NCBI GenBank assembly: GCA_965230295.1
Contig: OZ246001.1
Location: 3,712,001 to 3,776,000, forward strand
Reading direction: 5' to 3'
Length of the DNA stretch: 64,000 bases
From: Marinicella sp.
GTDB taxonomy: Bacteria > Pseudomonadota > Gammaproteobacteria > Xanthomonadales > Marinicellaceae
Under the pieces are notes generated by a model, which had not been told where the DNA came from, did not search any database, and was given only the letters and a program-made list of their open reading frames with translations. How positions within the stretch are numbered: the stretch's first letter is position 1; every line of letters begins with the position of its first letter. Positions 1 through 10,504 of the stretch are shown here, piece after piece. The translations under genes and the position numbers were made by a program.

Positions 1-249
1 GCAAGCTTGGTAAAGATTACACCTGAAGAGCGCAAAACAGCAGTCAAAGCAGCAAGCATCATGGGGCTCAATGTGGCCGGCGTGGACATCCTCCGATCTG
101 ACAACGGGCCATTGGTTATGGAAGTCAATTCATCACCAGGCCTCAAAGGAATTGAAGAAGCGACTGGGAAAGATGTGGCTGGCATGATCATCGATGAAAT
201 TCAAAAAAACGCCAAGCCACACAAAACCCGAACCAAGGGCAAGGGCTAA
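1..249 (+). CDS. rimK: RimK ATP-grasp ligase, 3' end (runs off left edge)
   Basis: [33 protein letters not shown]-terminal RimK signature. Confidence 0.93.
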   Translation, partial: ASLVKITPEERKTAVKAASIMGLNVAGVDILRSDNGPLVMEVNSSPGLKGIEEATGKDVAGMIIDEIQKNAKPHKTRTKGKG

Positions 250-345
250 TAACGCCAATAGATTCAGAAGCAACCCCGAATCAAAATCACACTAAACATT
301 TAACCGTAAACGGTTATTCTCGTCATCCCAAAGTTTCAAATTGGG

Positions 346-559
346 CTACTTGGAGTGGCAATCAGGAGCGCAGTAAAAACAACTATCAACTTGAATAAAA
401 TAAGCTCTTGCAGAATTGACTGCACTTTGACAATTTATGTGGTTCCCAAGTTGTATTTTGTTTTCAATATAAGACAAATATTTACAGTCGTTATCTAGAC
501 TATATACTTCATGCTCACCGGTTGGTTGCGTATTTTTATTGATGATATAACCTTGGCAT
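346..559 (-). pseudogene. Small Cys/His-rich protein, +1 frameshift after codon 3; paralogue of 46643-46855
   Basis: ATG CCA AGG T TAT ATC ATC AAT AAA: removing one T gives MPRYIINKN..GEHEV..CQSA..CFYCAPDCHSK, colinear with MPRFCVNKN..CYYCASECHSR. Confidence 0.65.
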
Positions 560-717
560 TCGTATCTCTTATAACTATGACTAAAACATAAAGAATAACA
601 ACGATATAAGTGTATCAATCTTTAAAAAGCTGCAAAAATTTAATGCAAATACCAAGCTGTGATTACTATTTAACAGTTTTGTGTCATAATCTTTTTTGAT
701 TAAAAAGAACTATTCAG

Positions 718-1593
718 ATGCTTGATTTTTTAAATAAACCATTAATTATTCTGAGTGAAAACAACTACATCACTTGGTGGCAAATTATATTGGCAGTTTT
801 GTTGCTGGTTTTGGCTTGGATTCTGAGTAAGTTTATCTCAAAGAAATTGGTAGGTAATATTTTGGGCAGGTCTGGTTTGAACCAAGACAGTGTGGCCATC
901 ATACAGAAAGTCATATTCTTTACCTTCCTTTTAATAGTTGTCATATTTATTTTATCCTTTTTAAGGATTCCTTTAACCGCTTTTGCATTTATCTCTGGTG
1001 GTGTAGCCATTGGCTTTGGATTTGGAGCCAAGACCATCATTGAAAATTTTCTCAGTGGTTGGATATTGATGTCAGAAAGACCCATCAGAATTGGTGACTT
1101 GGTTGAGGTTGATGGGCAATACGGAAGTGTTATTGAAATTGGAAATCGATCCACGATGATTAAACGTAATGATGGTGCTCACATGGCTATTCCAAATAAT
1201 CAAATATTGGAATCCCAGATCATCAACTTAACCATTAAAGACCCTGACATCAGAACCTCGGTGAGGGTAGGGGTTGGGTATGACAGTGACCCTGAACAGG
1301 TTGCAAATTTATTGTCACAAGTGGCATCCGAACATTCATTGGTTCGAGGCACCCCTGAGCCCAAAGTCATATTTGAAGACTTCGGAGACAACGCTTTGGT
1401 GTTTGATTTATTCTTTTGGGTGTCCATTCAATCGGGCAAAGAATTAAGAGAAGTTAGAAGTGAAATCAGGCATCAAATATCGAAGATGTTTAGAACACAT
1501 GGTATTGTGATAGCTTACCCACAACGTGATGTTCATTTATACTTGAAGAACTCAACCACAAATCAACTTTTAAATGAGCAAAACGATGAATGA
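718..1593 (+). CDS. Small-conductance mechanosensitive channel (MscS family)
   Basis: Three TM helices, GFGFGAK..IENFLSG, ERPIRIGD.VEV, IPN, AYPQRDVH. Confidence 0.92.
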   Translation: MLDFLNKPLIILSENNYITWWQIILAVLLLVLAWILSKFISKKLVGNILGRSGLNQDSVAIIQKVIFFTFLLIVVIFILSFLRIPLTAFAFISGGVAIGFGFGAKTIIENFLSGWILMSERPIRIGDLVEVDGQYGSVIEIGNRSTMIKRNDGAHMAIPNNQILESQIINLTIKDPDIRTSVRVGVGYDSDPEQVANLLSQVASEHSLVRGTPEPKVIFEDFGDNALVFDLFFWVSIQSGKELREVRSEIRHQISKMFRTHGIVIAYPQRDVHLYLKNSTTNQLLNEQNDE

Positions 1594-2542
1594 ATCGGCC
1601 AAATCACTTCATTTACAACTGGATGGAAAAGGCAGTGCTGAGCAAGTTAAAAAACTGGAAGTCACCAACCACGTTCGGTGGAGTCATATCAATCCTTTTT
1701 CATCGCAAACCAAAAGCTGGCTGAAACAAATACCAAACCTAACAGAACAAGCCAAATCAATGCTCCTGGCTCGGGAAACCAGGCCGCGTATGGTGCCAGA
1801 AGATAAGTCGATTTCGCTTTGCTTACGAGGAATCAATCTAAATAACGATCAATCTCCTGAGGATATGATTGCGATCCGCATTTGGTTCAGTGAACAAATG
1901 ATCATCACCAGTTGTGGCCGCAGCAGCCAATCCATCACCAGAATAGGGCAAGCATTGGGCCGAGGCGATGGTCCAAAGACAACAGCTGATCTTTTGATGA
2001 CGCTGATTGAGCAGCTGGGGCTACTAACGGTTGAGTTCATTGAGAAAATTGATCACTCATTAGATCAAGAAGAAGATGGTATGGAGGTTAATTGTTTTGA
2101 GCAATTCATTCCTAAAATGAGTCAGCTAAGAAGGCAAATCGCAGCCATCAGGCGATTTATGGCACCTCAAAAAGAAGCACTGGATCGTTTATACCGATCA
2201 AAATCAAAGTTGTTTAACGAAAACTTTTATGATGAGCTGTATGTCCAAATTGATCAGTTTACATACCTTTTAGAGAATCTGGACTTGTTAAAAGAACGTG
2301 CCTTGGTTTTACAAGAACAGTTCATGGCAAACATAAGTCATCAACAGAACAGTCGTTTGTATTTGCTGGCGATCATTTCAGCCATTTTTTTGCCTTTGAC
2401 TTTCCTATCGGGTTTGTTGGGTATGAATGTTGGGGGTATGCCTGGCGTTGATGCACCAACAGCTTTTTGGATCGTATCAGGGTTCTGTTTGGTGGTAATG
2501 CTGGTTTTGATGCTTTGGTTCAAAAGAAAAAACTGGTTTTGA
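1574..2542 (+). CDS. zntB: Zinc transporter ZntB (CorA family)
   Basis: ETRPR, LRGINLN..PEDM, FLPLTFLSGLLGMNVGG (GMN motif), two C-terminal TM helices. Confidence 0.85.
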   Translation: MSKTMNESAKSLHLQLDGKGSAEQVKKLEVTNHVRWSHINPFSSQTKSWLKQIPNLTEQAKSMLLARETRPRMVPEDKSISLCLRGINLNNDQSPEDMIAIRIWFSEQMIITSCGRSSQSITRIGQALGRGDGPKTTADLLMTLIEQLGLLTVEFIEKIDHSLDQEEDGMEVNCFEQFIPKMSQLRRQIAAIRRFMAPQKEALDRLYRSKSKLFNENFYDELYVQIDQFTYLLENLDLLKERALVLQEQFMANISHQQNSRLYLLAIISAIFLPLTFLSGLLGMNVGGMPGVDAPTAFWIVSGFCLVVMLVLMLWFKRKNWF

Positions 2543-2579
2543 ATGAAAGGCTGAATCCATCATATCCACATAATTACTC

Positions 2580-4337
2580 ATGTCACCTATTTCTCAATCA
2601 AAGTGTTTGAAAACTCTACAATGGTTGATTTTATTTTGGGTATTTATGTATGGCAGATCGGTCCAAGCGGCAACGCCTATTGTGATCACTGGTGTCGACT
2701 CAGCACTCAAAGACAACATTGAGTTGTATCTTGAAACACATGCCATGACATGTAACAACAACGATGATGACATCGAATCATTCATAAGAAGTGTCCCCAA
2801 AAAGGTTAAGAAGGCAGTTCGGCCATTTGGTTACTATGACCCATTGATGGCTATGAAGCGAACTGACTCTGATAATTGCTGGTCAATAGAGATAATCGTT
2901 GAACCTGGTGAACAGGTCAAGGTTCGCAAGCTTGAGCTGAAATTGACTGGAGCTGGGGCCAACACTGAACCTTTCGTTCAATTATTGCAAAACAAGCCGT
3001 TTCAAATAGGGCAAGCCATTAATGACAATGAATATGAATTGTATAAATCGAAACTGATCAATGCAGCATCAGAACAAGGGTATCTTGATGCCAAATTCAT
3101 AACTCAAATCATTGATGTTTATCCAGAACAATTGGCAGCTGATATCACATTGTTCTTTGACACAGGCAATCGATACAAATTAGCATCACTTGAGATCAAT
3201 CAGGCGCCTGAAATTCTGAATATTGAATTCATTAAAAGTATGATTCCGCTCAAAGCCGGCCAGTTATTTTCGCAAGCAGATTTGAATGCTGTGCGGAAAA
3301 AGCTTCAAGCCACTGGTTACTTTAAACGCATACAAATCAATTTGGATGTTGAGCAAAGGACAAACGGGGAGGTTCCCATCCAGTTTGAATTGACACCCGC
3401 AGATCGCATCAAATATTCTGTGGGCCTGGGATTTTCAACTGATACCGGTCCTCGAGTTAGTTTGGATTACACCAACAGCCGGATTGGTCAGTTTGGATAC
3501 AAATTCAATGCCAAAACCAGCTTTTCTGAGGTCATTTCTGAAACAGGATTAGGTATACAAATTCCCAGTAAAGACCGTCCTGTGAACAAGTGGTTTCAAG
3601 TCAATTTTGGGCATCGGCATGAGCACACTGATGCAACAAACAGTGATGCCTTGAAGCTGGGAATCAGCCAAACCCGCATCAAAGACAGCAAATGGCAAAA
3701 CATCAACTACCTTGACTGGGTGGATGAGACCTTTGAGATAGGCAAGAATCAATCAAAAAGTACAATGTTTGTGGCAGGAACCAGCTGGTCTTACATCAAG
3801 GCCGACAGCCCAACCCAGCCAAGTAGAGGATACCGACTGCAAGCCGAATTGAAAGGAGCACTTGATAATGTGGTATCAGACACGTCGTTTGCTCAAGCAG
3901 CTTTTTCCTACAAAGGCATTCAATCAGTGGGTGAACGCAATCGCTTTATATATCGTGCTGAGGTAGGCACCACATGGGTGGACGATTTTACTTCTTTGCC
4001 AAGCAGTTACCGGTTTTATACAGGTGGTGATCAATCAATCAGAGGGTTTGATTATGAGACCTTAGCCCCAATAGATTCTGAACAAAATGTGATTGGTGGC
4101 AGGCATAAAGTTGTTGCCAGTATTGAGTATGAGCGCCTTATATCCGGGCCATGGGCTTGGGCCACATTCATAGATGCCGGCAATGCGTTCACCAATGACT
4201 TTAAAATCGAAAAAAGTGTGGGAATTGGCTTGCGTTGGTTTTCTCCTGTTGGATCGGTGCGACTTGATTTGGGATTTCCTATTGATCATGAAGATCAAAC
4301 ATTCCGGTTCCACATAACCATAGGGCCTGACTTGTGA
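2580..4337 (+). CDS. tamA: Translocation and assembly module TamA
   Basis: POTRA-like N-terminus, RFYTGGDQSIRGF, GLRWFSPVGSVRLD, FHITIGPDL end; coupled to tamB. Confidence 0.92.
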   Translation: MSPISQSKCLKTLQWLILFWVFMYGRSVQAATPIVITGVDSALKDNIELYLETHAMTCNNNDDDIESFIRSVPKKVKKAVRPFGYYDPLMAMKRTDSDNCWSIEIIVEPGEQVKVRKLELKLTGAGANTEPFVQLLQNKPFQIGQAINDNEYELYKSKLINAASEQGYLDAKFITQIIDVYPEQLAADITLFFDTGNRYKLASLEINQAPEILNIEFIKSMIPLKAGQLFSQADLNAVRKKLQATGYFKRIQINLDVEQRTNGEVPIQFELTPADRIKYSVGLGFSTDTGPRVSLDYTNSRIGQFGYKFNAKTSFSEVISETGLGIQIPSKDRPVNKWFQVNFGHRHEHTDATNSDALKLGISQTRIKDSKWQNINYLDWVDETFEIGKNQSKSTMFVAGTSWSYIKADSPTQPSRGYRLQAELKGALDNVVSDTSFAQAAFSYKGIQSVGERNRFIYRAEVGTTWVDDFTSLPSSYRFYTGGDQSIRGFDYETLAPIDSEQNVIGGRHKVVASIEYERLISGPWAWATFIDAGNAFTNDFKIEKSVGIGLRWFSPVGSVRLDLGFPIDHEDQTFRFHITIGPDL

Positions 4338-7300
4338 CCAGACGCATCATCAAAGTACTGTTGGGAACCATATTATTGGTGTTATTGGTGGTTGGTATGT
4401 TGTTGGTGACCGTTTTGTATACACAAACTGGTAGTAGGTGGGCCATCAACCTTGCTTTGGGAGACGAAGTCAGTGTTCAAGGTATTGAAGGCACTCTGGG
4501 CAGTGAACTTAATATTCAAAACATTCAATTACAAGTGAATGGATGGCATATTGATGTATTGGGGTTTCGATATCAATTGGAAGACATTCGTTGGTTCTAT
4601 CAAGGAATTTCCTTGGTTCAAGTAGAAATGAAATCAGTCCACATTAAACAACCAGTGGTCACAGGTGAACCAACTGATACAGATCAGTTTGATGGCTTTG
4701 ACTTACCCGTGGCTGTTGAGATTGCAGAATTAAATATTAAAGAATTGGTGTTCATAGACCCGGAATGGAGCGAAAAGGTAACGAACATAGCCACTTCGAT
4801 TCAAGCCAGGAAAGGCCAAATATTCATTGAAGATTTAGTTGTAAATCACCCGAATCTGTCATTGCAAGCCACAGGCTCATTGGGGTTAGGATCTGAACTG
4901 CCGGTCAACATGCATGCACATTGGGAACTGAAGACCAATACCAATCATGTTTCTGGTGATGGCAGGTTAACAGGAGACATGAATCAGTTGTCTATAGATC
5001 AGGAAATAGAGCTGCAACATCAACAGTTACATGCCCCTTTAACAGTGCGAAGTAATGTGAATCTTGAAGAACAGTGGCTGGAAATAACCGTTAATTCGGA
5101 TGCTTTTAATATTAACTTGTCAGATCATGGCCAATCTGAATTGACTGATGTGCAACTGAAACTAGATGGCTGGGTCAATGATTACAGCTCCAATGGTCAA
5201 TTCAATTGGCATGCGAATCAGATTGAATCAGCACTGATCAAGTTCCAAGCAAACGGCAATAAAACCGGCATAGATATCCATTCTCTTTCAGCACATTGGG
5301 GTGATAGTAGCTTGCAGGTACCATCTGAACTGACTTGGGATGCAGGTGCTATTAGAATAATCTCTCAACTTCAATTGATTGATTTCAACCCTGATATGTT
5401 AATTGCTGGTTGGAGTGGTCAGATCAATGGTCAGGGTCAAATCAGCGCAAACTTAAGTGAAATGACTGAAGTGGTGCTGAGTGACTTGATGCTAGAAGGA
5501 AGTCTCAAAGAACAGCCATTCAGTCTGAACACGGCAGGCCAGCAAATGGGACAGACGTGGCAGATCACGCCTTCAACTTTTACTTTAGGCCACAACAAAG
5601 TGAGTTTTGAGGGCGCTTTGAGTGAAAACGATGTCGATGTGAATTTCAGATTTGATCTGGAAGATTTGTCTGGGTTAAGCAGCGATTTAAACGGTGGTAT
5701 TTCTGGGCAACTTGATCTGTCAGGCCCAATTAGAGCAGTTTCCTTGAAGAGTCATATTCAGGGGGATCATTTGAGATATTTTGACCATCAGGTCAATGAT
5801 ATTGACATCAAAGCTGAAGGCATGTGGCCAAATGATATTAAAATCATAGGTTCAACTGGTTTGATAAAGACTGGCCAACAGCAGTTCAATCAGTTTACAT
5901 TCTCTGTGAACGGGACAACCACTCAGCATCGATTACAAGGTCGATTGTCAGGTGATGATGTCAGTAGTGCCTGGAAAGTGATGGGTGGATGGGATACTGT
6001 GAGCAAACAATGGCTTGGTAACATTCAAGAGCATTGGTTTGAGTGGCATACAATTGATCAACGATGGGAGTTATCTGAACCTGCTCAATTAGAACTTGGT
6101 CTTTACAACGCCTTGAGTGAATCGTGTTGGTACACTGCGGATAATGATTCATTTTGTCTCAGTGCCACTTCATATCCAAGTGACTCACAGCACTTAGCCA
6201 AAATCACCATGAACCAAATGAACATTGGACTATTTAGTCCATGGCTGCCTCCTGATTTAAGGGTCTCTGGGCATCTGCAAGGGCATGCAAACCTCAAGGT
6301 CCAATCTAGCACGATCCGCCTTGAATCGGATATTCAGCTCAATAACGGGATGCTACTTTATGCTGAAAACAGTGACAATCCCTACATCACAGACATCACA
6401 GGTGCTCAGCTACTAGCCACCCATGAAGGAGATTCCTCTAGCATTGAAGCCAATGTGACATTAGCAGATGGTTCGTTCTTGCTAAGTAAAGCCAATGTTA
6501 ACGTTAATCAGCAGGGGGAAATTGAGCTGAATTCGACTTTAGCTGGGACAATGCAAAAGTCTCGATACTTGGCTTCGTTGATTCCCCAGGTTGCGACCAT
6601 ACAAGGAAGCCTGGAACTTGAGGGAAATACCAAAGGGGCGGTTACAAAGCCACAAATTGATTTAACGATTCATCAACCCGATGGACATTTAACCCTGGCT
6701 CAAACCGGAACACGCATTGAAAACAATCGCTTTAAACTCAGTCGCCAAGGCTCGAGTCCAGCTGACTTCTCATACCAAGGAAAATCAGGAGATGGAGAAT
6801 TAAACATATCAGGACAATTGGATTGGGGTAAAGCAAATGGTTGGCAGATTAATGCTCATGCTTCAGGCAGACAATTCCCATTGCTGAACCGTCCTGAAAT
6901 CTCTTTAACCGTATCCCCTGAGGTGACGATACAGGCTGATGCTGAGCAAGCGAACATCACAGGTAAAATGAACATCAACCAGGGCAGAGTAGAAATCAAA
7001 CAACTGCCTGAAGCAGCCATTGAAAGCTCGCCGGATGTGGTGGTTCATAGGTCTAAGGAAACTGAAGTTGACACTCCTTATCAAACATATTTCAACATCC
7101 AAACCCAGATCGATGATGTGATGAAAATCGACGCTTTGGGTCTGGTAACGGATCTTTCAGGGGGGTTACGAGTAAGCAATCACAATGCAAACTCTTCAGT
7201 GAATGGATATGGTCAATTAAGCTTGAATAATGGCACCTACAAAATATATGGCCAATCTTTACAGATCAACCAAGGTAATTTAATGTTCAATGGCCCAATC

Positions 7301-7795
7301 GATAACCCCACGCTTGATGTGGTGGCCAGCCGTCTGTCTATAGATCAATCCGTCACTGCAGGCGTTTCATTTGGCGGAACCGTAAACAATTTGGAAACTT
7401 CACTTTATTCAGATCCCACTTTGTCAGACCTGGAAATTTTGTCTTACATATTAACCGGTCGTGGGTTGAATGAAGACAATGATGTCAATTCAGAGCAACT
7501 GGCGCAAGCGGCTTTGCTATTAGGCTTAAAACGCGGTAGCCCGGTGTTCAACGAAATTCAAAACAAACTGGGCATTGATGTATTGGCGATCAAAGAAGGC
7601 GCAACACAAAGTGAAAGTTTGATTGAAGCTGGTAAACAAATTAATGATAAATTATACCTTGGATATAACCACGGCATATTTAATCGGCTTGGGTTTTGGG
7701 TGTTACGCTATCAAATTAACCAGGCATTGAAATTGGAGTCGACCCAAGGTGAAAACCAGTCAGTTGACTTGATTTATCAACGAAAGAAAAAATAA
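4334..7795 (+). CDS. tamB: Translocation and assembly module TamB
   Basis: N-terminal anchor, long beta-rich body, C-terminal YGQSLQI..G.LMFNGP.DNP.LDV, LSYILTG. Confidence 0.9.
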   Translation: MTRRIIKVLLGTILLVLLVVGMLLVTVLYTQTGSRWAINLALGDEVSVQGIEGTLGSELNIQNIQLQVNGWHIDVLGFRYQLEDIRWFYQGISLVQVEMKSVHIKQPVVTGEPTDTDQFDGFDLPVAVEIAELNIKELVFIDPEWSEKVTNIATSIQARKGQIFIEDLVVNHPNLSLQATGSLGLGSELPVNMHAHWELKTNTNHVSGDGRLTGDMNQLSIDQEIELQHQQLHAPLTVRSNVNLEEQWLEITVNSDAFNINLSDHGQSELTDVQLKLDGWVNDYSSNGQFNWHANQIESALIKFQANGNKTGIDIHSLSAHWGDSSLQVPSELTWDAGAIRIISQLQLIDFNPDMLIAGWSGQINGQGQISANLSEMTEVVLSDLMLEGSLKEQPFSLNTAGQQMGQTWQITPSTFTLGHNKVSFEGALSENDVDVNFRFDLEDLSGLSSDLNGGISGQLDLSGPIRAVSLKSHIQGDHLRYFDHQVNDIDIKAEGMWPNDIKIIGSTGLIKTGQQQFNQFTFSVNGTTTQHRLQGRLSGDDVSSAWKVMGGWDTVSKQWLGNIQEHWFEWHTIDQRWELSEPAQLELGLYNALSESCWYTADNDSFCLSATSYPSDSQHLAKITMNQMNIGLFSPWLPPDLRVSGHLQGHANLKVQSSTIRLESDIQLNNGMLLYAENSDNPYITDITGAQLLATHEGDSSSIEANVTLADGSFLLSKANVNVNQQGEIELNSTLAGTMQKSRYLASLIPQVATIQGSLELEGNTKGAVTKPQIDLTIHQPDGHLTLAQTGTRIENNRFKLSRQGSSPADFSYQGKSGDGELNISGQLDWGKANGWQINAHASGRQFPLLNRPEISLTVSPEVTIQADAEQANITGKMNINQGRVEIKQLPEAAIESSPDVVVHRSKETEVDTPYQTYFNIQTQIDDVMKIDALGLVTDLSGGLRVSNHNANSSVNGYGQLSLNNGTYKIYGQSLQINQGNLMFNGPIDNPTLDVVASRLSIDQSVTAGVSFGGTVNNLETSLYSDPTLSDLEILSYILTGRGLNEDNDVNSEQLAQAALLLGLKRGSPVFNEIQNKLGIDVLAIKEGATQSESLIEAGKQINDKLYLGYNHGIFNRLGFWVLRYQINQALKLESTQGENQSVDLIYQRKKK

Positions 7796-7836
7796 ATGTT
7801 ATCTAGTCCACTTTGAAATTGTCATACCGTGGAAAT

Positions 7837-8076
7837 TTAATCAGTTTTGACTGCACCTTTAGGCAGAGTCTTTGCCAGCACAAAGTAACCGGCAACAGCC
7901 GATAGCACAGAACCAACAAGAATCCCTATCTTTTTATCAAAAATCAAATTTACTCCAGTTTCTTGATAGGCAAGGGTGCTAATAAACAAACTCATGGTGA
8001 ACCCAATGCCACACAAAATAGCTATCCCATAAAGTGAGCCATAACTTGCTTTTTCTGGAAGCTTTGCGAACCCAAT
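7837..8076 (-). pseudogene. nhaA: Orphan 3' fragment of Na+/H+ antiporter NhaA (last 79 codons plus stop); island left junction
   Basis: Minus-strand translation IGFAKLPEKASYGSLYGIAILCGIGFTMSLFISTLAY..KIGILVGSVLSAVAGY; homology stops at about 8076; absent from ORF track. Confidence 0.9.
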
Positions 8077-8112
8077 TGGAGAAACGAGTTTGAAAATTAA
8101 ATAAAGAGTTGT

Positions 8113-8541
8113 TTAGACATTAATTATGTCTGGAATCTTATCTTTGGTTCTTGAGGCATCCGCAGCAACCCTTTTCGAAATAATATTGGCACTTGAATCA
8201 TATGATAAAGTCCCGGTATATTTACGAGTAACTTTCAGTATTCTGTTTCTGCTTGCCGGGTTGTCCAGTTTGAGGTATTTATATCTGTCATAGTTACATT
8301 TTGGCAAGAACCTCATCATATATCTTGCTACAGGGATTGGTATTTCACCAAGCATCCTGAATCTGCCAATTCTGTGAAGTGTCTTGATATGAACCAGAAT
8401 TGCAAGTCTTGCCATTGGTTTCCTTGCTGCTTTTAATGCGAAGTCTATCTCATTTTGGGAAGGCTGGAAATATAACTCAATCTCCTTGTTAGTATAAGAT
8501 GCCTTTAAATCCCTGTAAGCTGTTTCGTTAGCTGCCGTCAT
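8113..8541 (-). pseudogene. tnpA: Truncated Tn3-family transposase (N-terminal DUF4158-type region only)
   Basis: MTAANETAY..L...F.P...EI.FA..R....RLA.LV..K....GRF..DIINV then stop; 142 aa of a roughly 1000-aa protein. Confidence 0.8.
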
Positions 8542-8590
8542 TACTTAATTGGTCAAATGTGAACATTATATAGTGACAAATTAGAATAAA

Positions 8591-8627
8591 GTGGTAATGA
8601 CCACATAGGTGTAAGAACGGACATTTG
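8591..8627 (+). repeat. Tn3/Tn4651-like terminal inverted repeat, copy 1 (degenerate GTGG start)
   Basis: GTGGTAATGACCACATAGGTGTAAGAACGGACATTTG, near-identical to the reverse complement of the units at 10401 and 12176. Confidence 0.85.
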
Positions 8628-8946
8628 ATTATAAAAATAGCAGAATAAACAGTCTTTTATTAAATGGGTAGATACCTCATAACTGCAAAATTGGGTATCT
8701 GCACTCTGCAATTAATGACCAGTCTAAAAAAACAAAATAGAATAAAATAAGGTTTCAGTAACATTTTGAACCAGTATGTTGAGCTGTTTCTTTTTGTATC
8801 AATTTTGTTTTAATTTGTTTCATGCCAAATATATCTATTAACAAAAATTATAGGATGTGACCCAGAAGGTGAGAATAGTTTTAAACCATTAAAGTTTTGT
8901 TTACATGGTTTTTTTGTTTTTTTGATGATTTATCACAGGAATTTAT

Positions 8947-10338
8947 ATGAAATTAAAACGTATTCACCTTTTGTTTCTTTTATTTTTTTCTCAACATTGC
9001 ACAGCTGTAAATATTTCTTATTCAGGAGATGGAGAAGTTTTAATTTTTCCATACTATACCGTAAATAATGGATTAAACACCTTGTATACAGTTGTAAACA
9101 CCACGCCGGATACCAAAGCATTGAAGGTTCAATTTTTAGAAGGAGATAACTCCCTTGAAGTTCTTGATTTCAATGTCTACTTGTCAGCATACGATGTTTG
9201 GACAGGTGCTTTAATACCATCAATATCCAATCATGCTGGTCACGTTGGCGAACCTTCGGCTGCTCACATTACCTCTGATTCTTCTTGTGCCCCTTTCTTG
9301 GTTAAAGCGCCTGCTACTCAAGAACTCTTGCCATTTACTATCGACACTGACATTGCAGCGTCAAACAGAAACATGCTTCGTGTAAGAGAAGGTCATATAC
9401 AGATAATTGAAATGGCCACATTCACCGGATCTGCAGTTGATTGGGCAGATCATGGTACTCATGGAGTGACTGTCGGTTGTGGCCATATTCTAGGAGATTT
9501 GGCTGATAATGGAATGTGGGATTCTGGTGGAGAAGAAAGTCCAACAGGTGGGTTGTTTGGATCTGCATCATTGATTGATGTGGCTCAAGGAATCAACTAC
9601 ACGTATGATGCATTGGCCTTGGTCAACTTTTGGCAAGGAAACGCCTATCATACACCACCTGGTGACCTATTACCTAACATCAGTGATGCATACCCAGAGT
9701 CCAAAATATTATTGGATTCTGGCGAAGTTGTTACATCACAATGGAATACAGGTTTTGAAGCGGTCTCTTCAGTATTGATGAGCGCTCATGTCAGGAATGA
9801 ATACGCGCTTGAACCTGCAGCGAATGGACAATCTGAGTGGGTGGTGAGTTACCCAACCAAGCGGTTTCATATTGAAAACGAACACAAAGCCCCTTTTGTT
9901 TCTGACTGGGATGGCAATGAAGCATGTGAAGATTTGAATATTCTTATATTGGACAGAAATCAACAAAGAGAATTCGATTGGACATGTGGTGTTCTATGTC
10001 TCCCAGACGATTACGGACCAAAGCTATGCCATTCTGGCAATGTGGTAGAGTTTCTACTACCTGGTTCCACTGCTGAACAGTCATCTCGTGTTTTGGGGTC
10101 AAGTAACCTACTGCAAGTTACTACACCATCTAATGCAAGTACCCAAAGTGGCTGGGCATTGATTGATTTCCTTGATAATGAGCATATTTTGTCATCTTTA
10201 GAAGGCAACCTGTTCTATGGGCTTCCAACCATTGGCTTTTCGGTTCAAAAATACACCAACGCTCAGGCTGGGGATGGATTGCTGGCGCAGTATGGAGGGG
10301 CTTTTAGTCATAAATTAAAAATGGAAGTTGAGCAATGA
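8947..10338 (+). CDS. Secreted cell-surface/S-layer-like protein
   Basis: Signal peptide; GEVLIFPYYTV..NT...VVNTT..KALKV.F.EG.NS.EVLDFNVYLS.YDVWT; C-terminal GLPTIGF. Confidence 0.7.
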   Translation: MKLKRIHLLFLLFFSQHCTAVNISYSGDGEVLIFPYYTVNNGLNTLYTVVNTTPDTKALKVQFLEGDNSLEVLDFNVYLSAYDVWTGALIPSISNHAGHVGEPSAAHITSDSSCAPFLVKAPATQELLPFTIDTDIAASNRNMLRVREGHIQIIEMATFTGSAVDWADHGTHGVTVGCGHILGDLADNGMWDSGGEESPTGGLFGSASLIDVAQGINYTYDALALVNFWQGNAYHTPPGDLLPNISDAYPESKILLDSGEVVTSQWNTGFEAVSSVLMSAHVRNEYALEPAANGQSEWVVSYPTKRFHIENEHKAPFVSDWDGNEACEDLNILILDRNQQREFDWTCGVLCLPDDYGPKLCHSGNVVEFLLPGSTAEQSSRVLGSSNLLQVTTPSNASTQSGWALIDFLDNEHILSSLEGNLFYGLPTIGFSVQKYTNAQAGDGLLAQYGGAFSHKLKMEVEQ

Positions 10339-10400
10339 GCCTCAGGGTTAGGTGTTTAGTATACAGAGAGCTATCACACCTAGTTGGGTTCTGTTCTTTA

Positions 10401-10447
10401 GGGATAATGCCAAATGCCCGTTTTTACACCTATGTGGTCATTACCCC
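10401..10447 (-). repeat. 47-bp double-ended Tn3-like end unit, copy 2
   Basis: GGGATAATGCCAAATGCCCGTTTTTACACCTATGTGGTCATTACCCC. Confidence 0.88.
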
Positions 10448-10504
10448 TTTATTAAGTATTTCAGCAATCATTCAATCTAACTTCAGCAACTTTAGGGATT
10501 ACAT

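Noticed and set aside
346-618. 90-aa ORF as called in the ORF track
   Set aside because: The first 23 residues have no counterpart in the paralogue. A frameshifted gene starting at 559 explains the region better.
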